64,000 nt of DNA from Bacillota bacterium (GCA_963666425.2 OY762825.2:864001-928000); one strand, 5' to 3'; counted from the stretch's first letter, positions 39,508 to 53,894 are shown. Notes: generated by a model not told the origin, from the sequence alone. Translations and numbers: made by a program.

Positions 39508-40532
39508 GCCTGAACCTTAGCCAAAGCCTGCAGGAATCCCTCTACGGTTTCTTCTTTGGTAGCCCAGGAAGTCACAAAGCGAACGACTGTATGAGCAGCA
39601 TCTGCCCTACCCCAAACCTCGTAACGGCAGACAGTCTGCAGCTGTGGTAAGATCGCATCGGGGAAAATCGGAAAAATCTGATTGGTAGCAGAGTGTGTCA
39701 GGAAACCATAGCCTTGCGCAGCAATGCCCGACTGTAAACGCTGCGCCATTTGATTGGCATGAGCAGCAATCTGAAAATAGAGATCATCCTGCAGCAAAGC
39801 CAGAAACTGCAAACCCAATAAACGACCTTTAGCCAAGAGGCCGCCCCGCTGTTTGATCGAGTAACGGAAATTTTCCTGCAAAGCGGGATGATTGATCACC
39901 AAGGCTTCCCCAAAGAGCGCGCCGTTTTTTGTGCCGCCGATATAGAAAGCGTCGGTGAGACGGGCGAGATCCGGCAAACTGATATCATTGCCTTCTCCGG
40001 TCAGGGCGGTAGCCAAACGAGCGCCATCCAAATAGAGATAGAGCTGATGCACCTGACAGAACTGCCAGAGAGCAGTCAATTCCGCCAGCGTATAGAGAGT
40101 GCCGATTTCGGTAGCATCGGAAATAAAGACAACTTTAGGCTGCACCATATGCTCATCCGGATGTCCTTGCAGCACCGGCAGGATCAGTTCCGGCGTCAGT
40201 TTGCCATCCGGCGTTTCCACCGCCAGGACTTTATGTCCGGTTGCTTCAATCGCACCCGTTTCATGCACAAAGATATGACCGGTTTTGGCGGCAATCACCG
40301 CCTGATAGGGCCGCATGATGGCTGATAAAACCGTCAGGTTGACTTGGGTGCCTCCCACCAAGAAATGCACCGCCGCTTGGGGAGAAGCCACTTTACTGCG
40401 GATTAAATCGGCGGCTTTGACACAATATTCATCCATGCCATAACCAACGGTTTGTTCAAAATTGGTTTCCGTCAGTGCCTGCAGCACTTTAGCATGGGCA
40501 CCCTCACTATAATCATTAATAAAAAAATACAT
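39504..40532 (-). CDS. ltaE: Low-specificity L-threonine aldolase (PLP)
   Basis: NDYSEGAH, GGTQVN, HETGAIE, LDGARL, GGTKNG. Confidence 0.85.
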   Translation of the reverse strand: MYFFINDYSEGAHAKVLQALTETNFEQTVGYGMDEYCVKAADLIRSKVASPQAAVHFLVGGTQVNLTVLSAIMRPYQAVIAAKTGHIFVHETGAIEATGHKVLAVETPDGKLTPELILPVLQGHPDEHMVQPKVVFISDATEIGTLYTLAELTALWQFCQVHQLYLYLDGARLATALTGEGNDISLPDLARLTDAFYIGGTKNGALFGEALVINHPALQENFRYSIKQRGGLLAKGRLLGLQFLALLQDDLYFQIAAHANQMAQRLQSGIAAQGYGFLTHSATNQIFPIFPDAILPQLQTVCRYEVWGRADAAHTVVRFVTSWATKEETVEGFLQALAKVQA

Positions 40533-40637
40533 TTTTACTCCTGCCTTTCTCGATTCGATTGGGGTTTTCCGGTTCAGGAACTGCTTGCAGCCCACCTGAT
40601 CCAGCATCGTTTGGCTGCGTTTGAAATTCACTCTGAC

Positions 40638-42083
40638 TCACTCCATCTGTGGCCAACGGCGATGCTGTGTCGCCTGTTCATAAGCGTAGGCATAGGCCAG
40701 TAAACATGCTTCGCTAAAAGCGGTACCAGTAAAGCTAATGCCAAACGGCTGCCCGGAAGTCAAATAACCAGCCGGCACGATGACACTGGGGTAGCCGGCT
40801 TTTGCACCGATCCCGGCTGCGGCATTGCCGCGAAAAACCAGCGCATCCAGGTGGTATTGCTTTAAGGCCCAGTCAATCCCCTGCTCGCGGCTGTTGGTCA
40901 AATCCTGCAGGCGATCCTGCCAATAAGCCGGTTCGGTTAAAGTCCCACTCAGCGCTTCCGCTTTTTCCAATAAATCCTGACCATAAACGAGGCATTGCTC
41001 TGCGTGCGCAGCGTTGTAAGCAATCAGATCCGTCAAAGAATGGATCGGTAGATAGGCTTCCACCGTTTTCAAATAAGCATTCAGCGCCGGTTTGAATTCA
41101 TGCAGCATAGCCGAACTGCGGGTTTGCAGAATGGCAGTGTAGCCGGGAATTTCCTCAATTTCAATCACTTCCGCGCCCGCCTGACGCAATTCATCGATGA
41201 CGCGCTGCATCCCTGCTCGGCGCTCTTCATCTAAATTGACATAAGACTGGCTGACCATGCCCAAGCGGCGGCCTTGCAGCGCTTCCTTCTTGAGCAAAGC
41301 GGTGTAGTCGGGCAGTTCTGCCGGCGCGGTCAGAGTACTTGGATCTTTTTCATCTCTTCCCGCTAAAACATTCAGCAGGATTGCCGCATCCCAGACGCAA
41401 AGCGCCAGCGGGCCGGCCGTATCCTGCGTAACCATAATCGGAATAATCCCACGGCGGCTGATCAAGCCAAGCGTGGGTTTGACTCCAACCACACTATTGG
41501 CATTGGCCGGCGATAAAATCGAGCCGGATGTTTCTGTCCCGATGGCTGCCGGAATCATTCCGCAGGCAACCGCCGCCCCCGGACCGGAACTGGAACCGCC
41601 TACATCCAAATCAGCGGGACCATAGGGATTGCAGACCTGACCCCCACGGGAACTGAAGCCATTCTTCATATGACCGGACATGAAATTAGCCCATTCCGTC
41701 ATATTGGCTTTACCCAGCAAAATCGCACCGGCTTGCCGCAATCTGCGCGCCACTTCAGAATCCTGGGCAGCATAGTGCTGCTGCAAGGCCAAAGAACCGG
41801 CTGAAGTATGCATCGCATCCGCAGTATCAATATTATCTTTCAGTAGAAGCGGAATTCCATGCAAAGGGCCGCGCAAATGACCCGCTGCCCGTTCTTTGTC
41901 AGCCGCTTCTGCCAACAGCAATGCTTCCGGATTCAATTCCAAGACCGCGTTGATCATTTTTCCACTGTGGTTGTGCATCGTAATAGTCTGCAGACAATCT
42001 TTCACCAATTCAACCGAGCTCGTTTCTCCCTTTGCTAAGGCAACCAATAAAGACTCGACTGTATTCTGCCCTAAATTCGCCAT
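40638..42083 (-). CDS. Amidase-signature family protein
   Basis: LLKDNI, GGSSSG, GTETSGSI (Lys-Ser-Ser triad). Confidence 0.92.
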   Translation of the reverse strand: MANLGQNTVESLLVALAKGETSSVELVKDCLQTITMHNHSGKMINAVLELNPEALLLAEAADKERAAGHLRGPLHGIPLLLKDNIDTADAMHTSAGSLALQQHYAAQDSEVARRLRQAGAILLGKANMTEWANFMSGHMKNGFSSRGGQVCNPYGPADLDVGGSSSGPGAAVACGMIPAAIGTETSGSILSPANANSVVGVKPTLGLISRRGIIPIMVTQDTAGPLALCVWDAAILLNVLAGRDEKDPSTLTAPAELPDYTALLKKEALQGRRLGMVSQSYVNLDEERRAGMQRVIDELRQAGAEVIEIEEIPGYTAILQTRSSAMLHEFKPALNAYLKTVEAYLPIHSLTDLIAYNAAHAEQCLVYGQDLLEKAEALSGTLTEPAYWQDRLQDLTNSREQGIDWALKQYHLDALVFRGNAAAGIGAKAGYPSVIVPAGYLTSGQPFGISFTGTAFSEACLLAYAYAYEQATQHRRWPQME

Positions 42084-42122
42084 ATAACCCACCTTCCTTC
42101 CCTTTCACAAATACTCGATTGC

Positions 42123-43019
42123 TTATGGTAAGCGAAAGCCATATTGCTCTAAGACAGCCAACGGAAATCCCATGCGCACTGTTTTCAGCGGGTCCACCAC
42201 CTGACAGATGGTCATATGACTTAAAAGAGACATCAGCATTGCCGCCTTGTTGGTGGAAACGCCACAGGCTTGCATTAGAAAAGCATGCATTTTTTCGCTG
42301 GCTAATCTGGCGGCAGCATCCAGCGTCAGTGCCGATTGGATGGTCATCACAACCCCTGCATCCAGTAAAAAAGGAGTAGGCAACTGCGCCGCTTTGATCA
42401 CCTGCACGTTCAGCGTTACTTTACCGCGGCATTCCATGCCGCAAATCATTACTTCACCATCCGCCATCAAGGCGTGCAGATCACCCATGGCCAGCAGCGC
42501 ACCATCGCAATTCACCGGCAAATAAAGCGTGCTGCCCTTACGGATCAAGCGGCAGTCCATATTGCCACCGTGCTCACCCGGGGTTTCCGTGCCTACCGCT
42601 CTGCCATTCTCCGGGGTCGTGCCGATCACGCCAATCATCGGATCGATCGGCAGAGACAGTTTGTTGTCAAAAGCAATCCATCCCTTCTCAATTGAAAAGA
42701 TCCGCACTTCTTTTTCCTGGATGATACCCGCTAAGCCGCCATCCGTTAGGGAGGTCCGCATCACGCCGGTAGAAGCTACTTCAATCTCGAGAATTTCAAC
42801 TTTGAGAATATCACCCTTGGCAGCCCCCTTCACATAAAGCGGCCCGGTGGCAGGATTGGCATACGCTCTGGCCAATGGATCGGAGGTTTCTGATACGACA
42901 CTGTCATCATAACAATCTCTGGTATGGAAAACGACTGTATCACCATTCTGACAATAGGCTACAGCGGGATTCAGCTCTGATAATTCACCAATGACATGTT
43001 CTCTGCCGATTTCGATCAA
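42123..43019 (-). CDS. Acetamidase/formamidase-family protein
   Basis: NPATGP, GDIL, PMIGVIG, HGGNMD, GDLHA..DGE. Confidence 0.92.
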   Translation of the reverse strand: MIEIGREHVIGELSELNPAVAYCQNGDTVVFHTRDCYDDSVVSETSDPLARAYANPATGPLYVKGAAKGDILKVEILEIEVASTGVMRTSLTDGGLAGIIQEKEVRIFSIEKGWIAFDNKLSLPIDPMIGVIGTTPENGRAVGTETPGEHGGNMDCRLIRKGSTLYLPVNCDGALLAMGDLHALMADGEVMICGMECRGKVTLNVQVIKAAQLPTPFLLDAGVVMTIQSALTLDAAARLASEKMHAFLMQACGVSTNKAAMLMSLLSHMTICQVVDPLKTVRMGFPLAVLEQYGFRLP

Positions 43020-43135
43020 ATTAATCCCCTCTTTGTTTTCAATTTCTTCCAGTATAGCAAGTGCGCCTCATTCTGTAAAGCAGAAAATCCGCAAAAATCA
43101 ACCCGAAAATCAAAATACCATTGTAACCCCTCATC

Positions 43136-43479
43136 CTCACTCAAGCGCCCTCTCTATCCCCATCGTCTTCACTCCACATCAGCCTCCCCGCTCAGAACGC
43201 CAACGGTGTCCTCCTCCTCGCTTCTTACCAATCCCATCAGCTCACCGCTCAGAACACCGGCGATGTCCCCTAACCCATCCTCCTCAATCCACTTCAGCCT
43301 GCCGCTCAGAACGCCGGTGGTGTCCCCTTACCCATCCTCCTCAATCTCCATCAGCCTGCCGCTCAGAACGCCGGTGGTGTCCCCTTCCCCCATCCTCCTC
43401 AATCTCCATCAGCCTGCCGCTCAGAACGCCGGTGGTGTCCCCTTCCCCCATCCTCCTCAATCTCCATCAGCCTGCCGCT
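43136..43479. repeat. Tandem array of 57-58-bp C-rich units, degenerating leftwards
   Basis: CAGAAC anchors at 43193, 43250, 43307, 43364, 43422 and 43480; consensus CAGAACGCCGGTGGTGTCCCCTTCCCCCATCCTCCTCAATCTCCATCAGCCTGCCGCT. Confidence 0.93.
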
Positions 43480-43912
43480 CAGAACGCCGGTGGTGTCCTG
43501 CAGGCGGCCTATGCGCTCGCGCATGAGACGCCGGAAGAATACTGCCGGTGTTTGTGTGCAAACTCGAAACTCATATCAACACCTCTACGTTCTCTCGCGT
43601 ATAAGCAAAGGAAGGTACTTTGCCCTACCTTCAGAACGCCGGCGGTGTCCTGTAGGCGACCTATGCGCTCGCGCATGAGACGCCGGAAGGATACTGCCGG
43701 TGTTTGTGTGCAAACTCGAAACTCATATCAACACCTCTACGTTCTCTCGCGTATAAGCAAAGGAAGGTACTTTGCCCTGCCTACAGAACGCCGGCGGTGT
43801 CCTGTAGGCGGCCTATGCGCTCGCGCATGAGACGCCGGAAGGATACTGCCGGTGTTCGTTTGCAAGCCTGGAATTCATATATCCCCATCTCCCCGTTTTC
43901 TCTCCGCGTACA
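43480..43912 (+). repeat. Tandem 152-bp hairpin-forming units (two full, one with diverged tail)
   Basis: Units start at 43480, 43632 and 43784; each has AACGCCGGYGGTGTCCT...AGRATACTGCCGGTGTT arms. Confidence 0.92.
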
Positions 43913-43913
43913 T

Positions 43914-43959
43914 AACAAAAGAAAGCATCCAAGCTTACGCATGAATGCTTTCTTTTGTT
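43914..43959 (-). terminator. rRNA operon terminator
   Basis: AACAAAAGAAAGCAT / ATGCTTTCTTTTGTT stem directly after 5S. Confidence 0.8.
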
Positions 43960-43962
43960 GTT

Positions 43963-44080
43963 TGCCCGGCAGTTACCTACTCTCCCGGAAGGTTGCCCTT
44001 CGAGTACCATCGGCGTGGGAAGGCTTAACGGCCGTGTTCGGGATGGGAACGGGTGGATCCCTTCCGCTATCGCCACCGGA
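43963..44080 (-). rRNA. rrf: 5S rRNA
   Basis: Reverse complement TCCGGTGGCGATAGCGGAAGGGATCCACCCGTTCCCATCCCGAACACGG...GTAGGTAACTGCCGGGCA. Confidence 0.96.
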
Positions 44081-44228
44081 CTATTCAAGAATGTGGTCTC
44101 CCACACCCTGAAAATTGCATAGAGAAGTCAGTATTTGTCTTTCATTCGTCTAGATTCATTACTCTGCCGTCATCTTGTATTTCTTTTTGCGTCGGGCTTA
44201 CAACCTCACTTGCTTTTCGCAAAGCCGT

Positions 44229-47203
<2,975 letters not shown>

Positions 47204-47516
47204 TTTTCTCTACTTTGCGCGAAAGTTTTATTCCCACCATGTCGCCATGCCGGGTTTTATTCTTTCAGTGAAGTTGTTCCCTTCACTTTTTAATTTACTT
47301 CCTACGACTTTTCATAAATCCTTCGTTTGTTTTACTTACTGTTTTAAAAGATTTGCTATCTTTCTTCTCTATGCAATTTTCAAGGTGCAAGTTTTTGAGG
47401 CAGGTTTTTCAAGCTTTTTGTTGTTGAAATCCCTGAGAACTAAACAGCGATTGATTGACTGACGAAGCGGATCCGGTATCGATCTTAGAAGTTACCTTCT
47501 TTATGAAAGTGCTCCC

Positions 47517-49034
<1,518 letters not shown>

Positions 49035-49290
49035 TTTCTATTGCAGAGCTAATCTAGCTCTTATTTACGAAATTTTCGTCTTTCGACTACTGGCTTCTTT
49101 TTGCATATCTTACGATACGACTTTTTGTAACCCCTTCGATTTCTTGTCACGCACATGACAAGTCCTCTTCGGTCACTCGTTTTTGAATTGACCGGTTCTT
49201 GTTATCTTCGTCTTTTTTCTTTCGCTGTTTAGTTCTCAAGGATCTGTGTCCTCACGTTCCGGTTTACTCTTGTTCCGTGAGCGCTTTGAT

Positions 49291-49319
49291 ATAATAGCAT
49301 AGCGAAATTCCTTTGTCAA
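49291..49319 (-). promoter_or_regulatory. rRNA operon promoter
   Basis: TTGACA (49314-49319), 17 bp, TGcTATTAT (49291-49296). Confidence 0.8.
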
Positions 49320-49457
49320 CTCAAAAACGGGTTGTAATTTTGTGTGATTGGCTAGAATCAGCATGTTTTACCTTTTCAAAGGCAAATAAGGCAATTATTT
49401 CTCTGATTTTCTTACAATTTTGCTTTACATTGAGCGATAATCTAGCAATATAAAACC

Positions 49458-49495
49458 AACAAGATCCCGGTCGAACAATTGACCGGGATCTTGTT
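49458..49495 (-). terminator. Intrinsic terminator
   Basis: AACAAGATCCCGGTC / GACCGGGATCTTGTT stem after the serine hydrolase gene. Confidence 0.75.
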
Positions 49496-49499
49496 CCAT

Positions 49500-50912
49500 T
49501 TAAATCCGCTGAATCATGCGCGAACCGCGAAGTAATGCCCAAGCTTTTCCCTCTCTGATAAAAGCAGTAATCGGCGTTCCGTCTTCCGGTTTGGTATCTG
49601 GCGGCAACAGCAGGAAATTTGTTTTACCGCAATAGAGCAGCGGCATCAAGACACCTTCCACAGTGACCTGCAGCTGTCCGTCTTCGGCTTGGCTCACTAG
49701 GATTTCCACAGGAGATCCTTCTTTGATGCAATAGCGGCCGAGATACATTTCCGGAGTTTGCGGGACTGCACCGCTCGGAATTGCCCATTGATGACTTTGC
49801 TGCATTGGCAGAGCCATTTTCAGATTGAAAGCCCCATTGATGATGGGAGCTGTATTGAAGTTACTGAGATTGGTCAGGACAGTAACCGCATAACCTTCGT
49901 CTTTCAGGAAACCGCCGCGGGAAGCAACCCCTTTCAATCCGCCAGAATGATCACAAATGACGCGATTCGAGAAGGTTCGCTTGTTCAAACCACAGCAATA
50001 TTTCCCTTCTGCAGTTTCGGCAAAACGATTGCCAAATAAACGTTCAGTACAGCCTTTGGGCAAAATCTGCTTGCCTTCATAAAAACCGGATTGAGAAAGC
50101 ATGAGATAATAGCGTGTCATATCAGAAGCTGTCGACTTAATCCAGCCGCAGCCACGATAAGGCGGCGCGCTATCCCAAATGTCAGAAGCTTTGACCCCTT
50201 CTTTCGTTTTCACGAAGAGGCTGGTGACGTTCTTGGTTGCCAGAATCTCATCCAAGCTGAATGTAGTATGCTGCATACCCAACGGCTGAAAGAGGCGCAT
50301 TTTCAGATAGCTCTCCAGCGGCTCACCGGATGCCGCATCGATCACACTCGAAAGCAAGGCATAACCGTCATTGGAATAGCTGCGATATTCTCCTGCCTGA
50401 CCTAAGGGAGTATAATCGCCTGCTGCGATGTAATCGATGATATCCTGAATGGTATCTACTTTACTTTTTGCCTGCAGCAGTAATTTTTGATATTCTTCTT
50501 CTTCCCAGGCATCTGGTTTAGTATGAGCTACCATCGACCAGGCGAGCGTCGGGATCGGGGGAATACCGGTTGTATGTGTTGCCAAATGATCCACCAGGAC
50601 TGCTTCCGGCGGCATACCCGGTATGCAAAAACCAGGGAGGTATTTCTCAACAGGGTCATCGAAACAAAGTTTGCCTTCCGCTTCGAGCAAAGCAGCAGCG
50701 CAGCTGGTCACAGATTTGCTCATGGAGGCGATGCCAAAAATGGTTTCTGCGTTGATCGGTTTCGTTTTTGCCTCATCACGATAACCGAAGCTTTCGGAAT
50801 AAACGATACCACTGGCATCCCGCACACAAACCTGGGCACCTGGTACTGAACCTTTTTGCAGCAGAGTTTGAACATATTGAGAAAATTCGCTCCAATCGTT
50901 TGGCATAAACAC
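49500..50912 (-). CDS. Serine hydrolase, beta-lactamase/AmpC-like family
   Basis: FGIASMSK (SxxK), YSN, HSGG, with a C-terminal extension. Confidence 0.88.
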   Translation of the reverse strand: MFMPNDWSEFSQYVQTLLQKGSVPGAQVCVRDASGIVYSESFGYRDEAKTKPINAETIFGIASMSKSVTSCAAALLEAEGKLCFDDPVEKYLPGFCIPGMPPEAVLVDHLATHTTGIPPIPTLAWSMVAHTKPDAWEEEEYQKLLLQAKSKVDTIQDIIDYIAAGDYTPLGQAGEYRSYSNDGYALLSSVIDAASGEPLESYLKMRLFQPLGMQHTTFSLDEILATKNVTSLFVKTKEGVKASDIWDSAPPYRGCGWIKSTASDMTRYYLMLSQSGFYEGKQILPKGCTERLFGNRFAETAEGKYCCGLNKRTFSNRVICDHSGGLKGVASRGGFLKDEGYAVTVLTNLSNFNTAPIINGAFNLKMALPMQQSHQWAIPSGAVPQTPEMYLGRYCIKEGSPVEILVSQAEDGQLQVTVEGVLMPLLYCGKTNFLLLPPDTKPEDGTPITAFIREGKAWALLRGSRMIQRI

Positions 50913-51137
50913 TCCCTCTTTCCTTTGCGTTTTTTTAAAAAATAAGCGAGCTAGTCGCTGTCATGGCAACCCCGCTCGCCTTCTTTTCTCGGCCAATTTC
51001 ATCTTTGCATTTCTTCGATATTCCGTCCTGAAAAACCTGCCGGACGAATGATTTATTTCGAATCAATGCTATCGCAAAAGCTGTCGGAAGTTCTGCGGCA
51101 ACACTCTCAAAGTAGTTTTGCAGCTTCCAGACACCGA

Positions 51138-51365
51138 TCATTCCTCATTTTGATCTGCTTTTGTTTTCTGATATTCCAGAATATCTCCCGGTTGGCAATC
51201 AAGGATGGCGCAGATGGCATTCAATGTAGAAAAGCGGATCGCACTAATCTTCCCGGTTTTAATTTTTGATAAATTCACATTAGAAATTCCCACTTGATCA
51301 GCCAAATCGTTTAAAGAGATTTTACGATCGGCCATGACCCGATCCAGTCTAAGTATGATCGCCAT
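51138..51365 (-). CDS. XRE-family HTH regulator (YozG-like)
   Basis: LADQVGISNVNLSKIKTGKISAIRFSTL..CQPGDILEY. Confidence 0.92.
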   Translation of the reverse strand: MAIILRLDRVMADRKISLNDLADQVGISNVNLSKIKTGKISAIRFSTLNAICAILDCQPGDILEYQKTKADQNEE

Positions 51366-51379
51366 TCCATCACCTCCTC

Positions 51380-52009
51380 TTATAAAGTTTCATCAGACAA
51401 CTGCTGCAGCTTGCAGCCATACTCGAAAACATAAGCAAGAGCAAAGAAAACCAGCGTTAGAATAATATACGAAACACTAAAAAGATTATTGTTAATTAGC
51501 ATTGGCAAACCGGAACCCAAAGTCAACCAAGCAATCTTCTTTATATTTTTACCGATTGATTCACTAAATGGGATTGCTTTGTCAGAGAGCTCTTTGAATA
51601 CTCTACTGGCGTAAAGTAAAATGAAAGAAATAAACACCAAATAGACTACTTCGACATAAATTAACGCGGATGCCACTTTGATGAATGGAATGATAGGTAT
51701 ACTCTCTATGAATAATATTCCTAAAGCATTATCCTCTTCATTTAATGTAATGCCTCGGAATTGAGCCACTTTCTGCACTATTTGACTAATTTGTTTAAAT
51801 TGTTCTAGTACCCCTGGAGAGTCTGAGTAAGCGGAAAAATCTATCTTAATATTGATAGATGCGTCGTTCAGGACTTCGTTTTCGACAGAGGAAGGTAAGG
51901 CTGATGCCATGATCAAAAAACCGATAATTGCAATATAAATGAAAATACGGGCTGCGTGACATACATAATTCAGAACTCTACTGACTGACTTTATATTTTT
52001 TGATTCCAT
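51380..52009 (-). CDS. DUF2975-like membrane protein
   Basis: Four TM segments, PFS, terminal VFEYGCKLQQLSDETL; paired with a YozG-like HTH. Confidence 0.8.
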   Translation of the reverse strand: MESKNIKSVSRVLNYVCHAARIFIYIAIIGFLIMASALPSSVENEVLNDASINIKIDFSAYSDSPGVLEQFKQISQIVQKVAQFRGITLNEEDNALGILFIESIPIIPFIKVASALIYVEVVYLVFISFILLYASRVFKELSDKAIPFSESIGKNIKKIAWLTLGSGLPMLINNNLFSVSYIILTLVFFALAYVFEYGCKLQQLSDETL

Positions 52010-52189
52010 GAGTTTAACAACCTTTCTCTTTTTTCTCATCATAACAAGTAATTTTATGTTTGTCAAGTATTTTTTAACGTTTATCATTAATTATTTTATG
52101 TTAAGCAGCTTTAATTATAAATACAGAGAGTACATAAAAAAGCCGTTCGCTCAAAGAACTTTGAGCGAACGGCTGAAGGTCACTATATT

Positions 52190-53605
52190 TTATTGAACGG
52201 GGTAAACACCCTTCTTGCCATCTTTTTCATTTTCGTCGGCAATGTTATAATCGGTTTTAGTTTTTCCGGCCATACGTTCTTTCAGATATTTCTCGGCAAT
52301 CTGCGGGAAAGCGACATAGGAAAGCAAATCTTCATCGGTTTCCATCAGGTAACCAATCGCTTTGCGGGCAGCCGGCAAGCCGGGTTCCAGATCATCGGCA
52401 TAACGATGATCGAGCACAGGCGCATCACCGATAATCGATTTGCGAAAGGTTTCATCAATCGGACCGGGAGCCTGACCATATTGCCCGCCCAAATAGGCTT
52501 TCACTTCATTGGTAACCATTTTATAGCGCTCGCCGCTTAAGACATTGATCACCGCTTGAGAACCAACCATTTGGCTGGTGGGCGTGACGAGCGGAGGATA
52601 ACCCAAATCAGCACGGACACGCGGTACTTCTTCCAATACTTCCGGCAGTCGGTTGACATTCGGTCCCAGTTGCTCGGCAAAGTTGGACAGCATGCCGCCC
52701 GGTACCTGATAAGTAAGCACATTGGCGTCAACGCCGCCGACCACATCATATTTGATGTTATAATTCTTCAATTCTTGACGCAGAATCGCGCTGACGGGAT
52801 ACATCTTGGCGACATTCAAGCCGGTGTCCCAAGGCGTATTCTTCAGCATGGCTACCATCGTTTCGGTGGCAGGCTGAGAAGTACCCATCGCCAGCGGGGA
52901 AAGCGCGGTATCGAGAATATCCACTCCCGCTTCAGCAGCCTTAAAATAAGCAGTTCCGGCCATACCGGAGGTATAATGGGAATGCAGTTCAATCGGCAGA
53001 GCAACCGCTTTTTTAATACTGGTAACCAGATCAAACGCCATCGTGGGAGAAATGATACCGCCCATATCTTTGATACAGATGGAATCACAACCCATTTGCT
53101 GCAGTTCTTTGGCTAGTTTAGCATACAGGTCCGGCGTATGAACAGGGCTTTCCGTATAAACAACAGAACCTTGTACATGCGCACCTTCTGCTTTTGCGAC
53201 GCGAATCGAGGTTTCCAGATTGCGCAGATCGTTTAAAGCATCGAAAACGCGAATGATATCCATGCCGTTGGCTACCGCTTTTTTGATAAATAGTTCAATA
53301 ACATCATCCGGATAGGGTTTATAACCCAAAAGGTTCTGACCGCGCAGAAGCATTTGCAGTTTTGTGTTTTTGAAATAACGACGGAACGTCCGCAGTCTTT
53401 CCCAAGGATCTTCATTTAAATAACGCAGACAGGAATCAAATGTAGCGCCGCCCCAGCACTCGACAGAATAGAATCCAAGCTGATCCATTTGTTCGAGCAG
53501 AGGAATCATGTCGCTCATTTTCAAACGCGTTGCCATCAACGACTGATGTCCGTCACGCAGCGTTGTATCGCAAATCTTAATTGCTTTTGCATTTACTTCA
53601 ATCAT
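52190..53605 (-). CDS. Pyruvate carboxylase B / oxaloacetate decarboxylase alpha-type carboxyltransferase, no biotinyl domain
   Basis: DTTLRDGHQSL, ECWGGATFD, IKDMGG, HSH, VPGGMLSN, PPLVTPTSQ; no EAMKM motif. Confidence 0.9.
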   Translation of the reverse strand: MIEVNAKAIKICDTTLRDGHQSLMATRLKMSDMIPLLEQMDQLGFYSVECWGGATFDSCLRYLNEDPWERLRTFRRYFKNTKLQMLLRGQNLLGYKPYPDDVIELFIKKAVANGMDIIRVFDALNDLRNLETSIRVAKAEGAHVQGSVVYTESPVHTPDLYAKLAKELQQMGCDSICIKDMGGIISPTMAFDLVTSIKKAVALPIELHSHYTSGMAGTAYFKAAEAGVDILDTALSPLAMGTSQPATETMVAMLKNTPWDTGLNVAKMYPVSAILRQELKNYNIKYDVVGGVDANVLTYQVPGGMLSNFAEQLGPNVNRLPEVLEEVPRVRADLGYPPLVTPTSQMVGSQAVINVLSGERYKMVTNEVKAYLGGQYGQAPGPIDETFRKSIIGDAPVLDHRYADDLEPGLPAARKAIGYLMETDEDLLSYVAFPQIAEKYLKERMAGKTKTDYNIADENEKDGKKGVYPVQ

Positions 53606-53894
53606 GTAGAGACCTCCATATATATATGATATGTTAATCTATTCGTGAGACATTACACAAGTTCCTGCACTTTACATAAATCTTTACTATCTATCCCGAA
53701 AACACGCATTCTGCTGCAGATCTCTGCCGCCTCTTGCTTTTTTATGTCCGCATTGAACCACAGCTGCCGACAGGAAGTGAGATTTCCCAACATTGACAAA
53801 AAATTCCGCCAGTATTGATAGCGGCAAAACAGAAGGCAGGGGTTCTTTCAATGCTCCCGAAAGATTCCCTGCCTCATGAAAAGGAAAAGCGGAT

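Noticed and set aside
43136-43912. CRISPR array
   Set aside because: The sequences between the shared cores are near-identical rather than unique spacers, the period jumps from 57-58 to 152 bp, and there are no cas genes in the window.
42991-44111. ORFs of 279, 176, 135, 97 and 62 aa over the repeats
   Set aside because: They are translations of the DNA repeats in shifting frames (58 and 152 are not multiples of 3), and some overlap the 5S gene.
49500-50912. Beta-lactam resistance gene
   Set aside because: No signal peptide and a C-terminal extension; more consistent with a cytoplasmic peptidase/esterase of the same fold.
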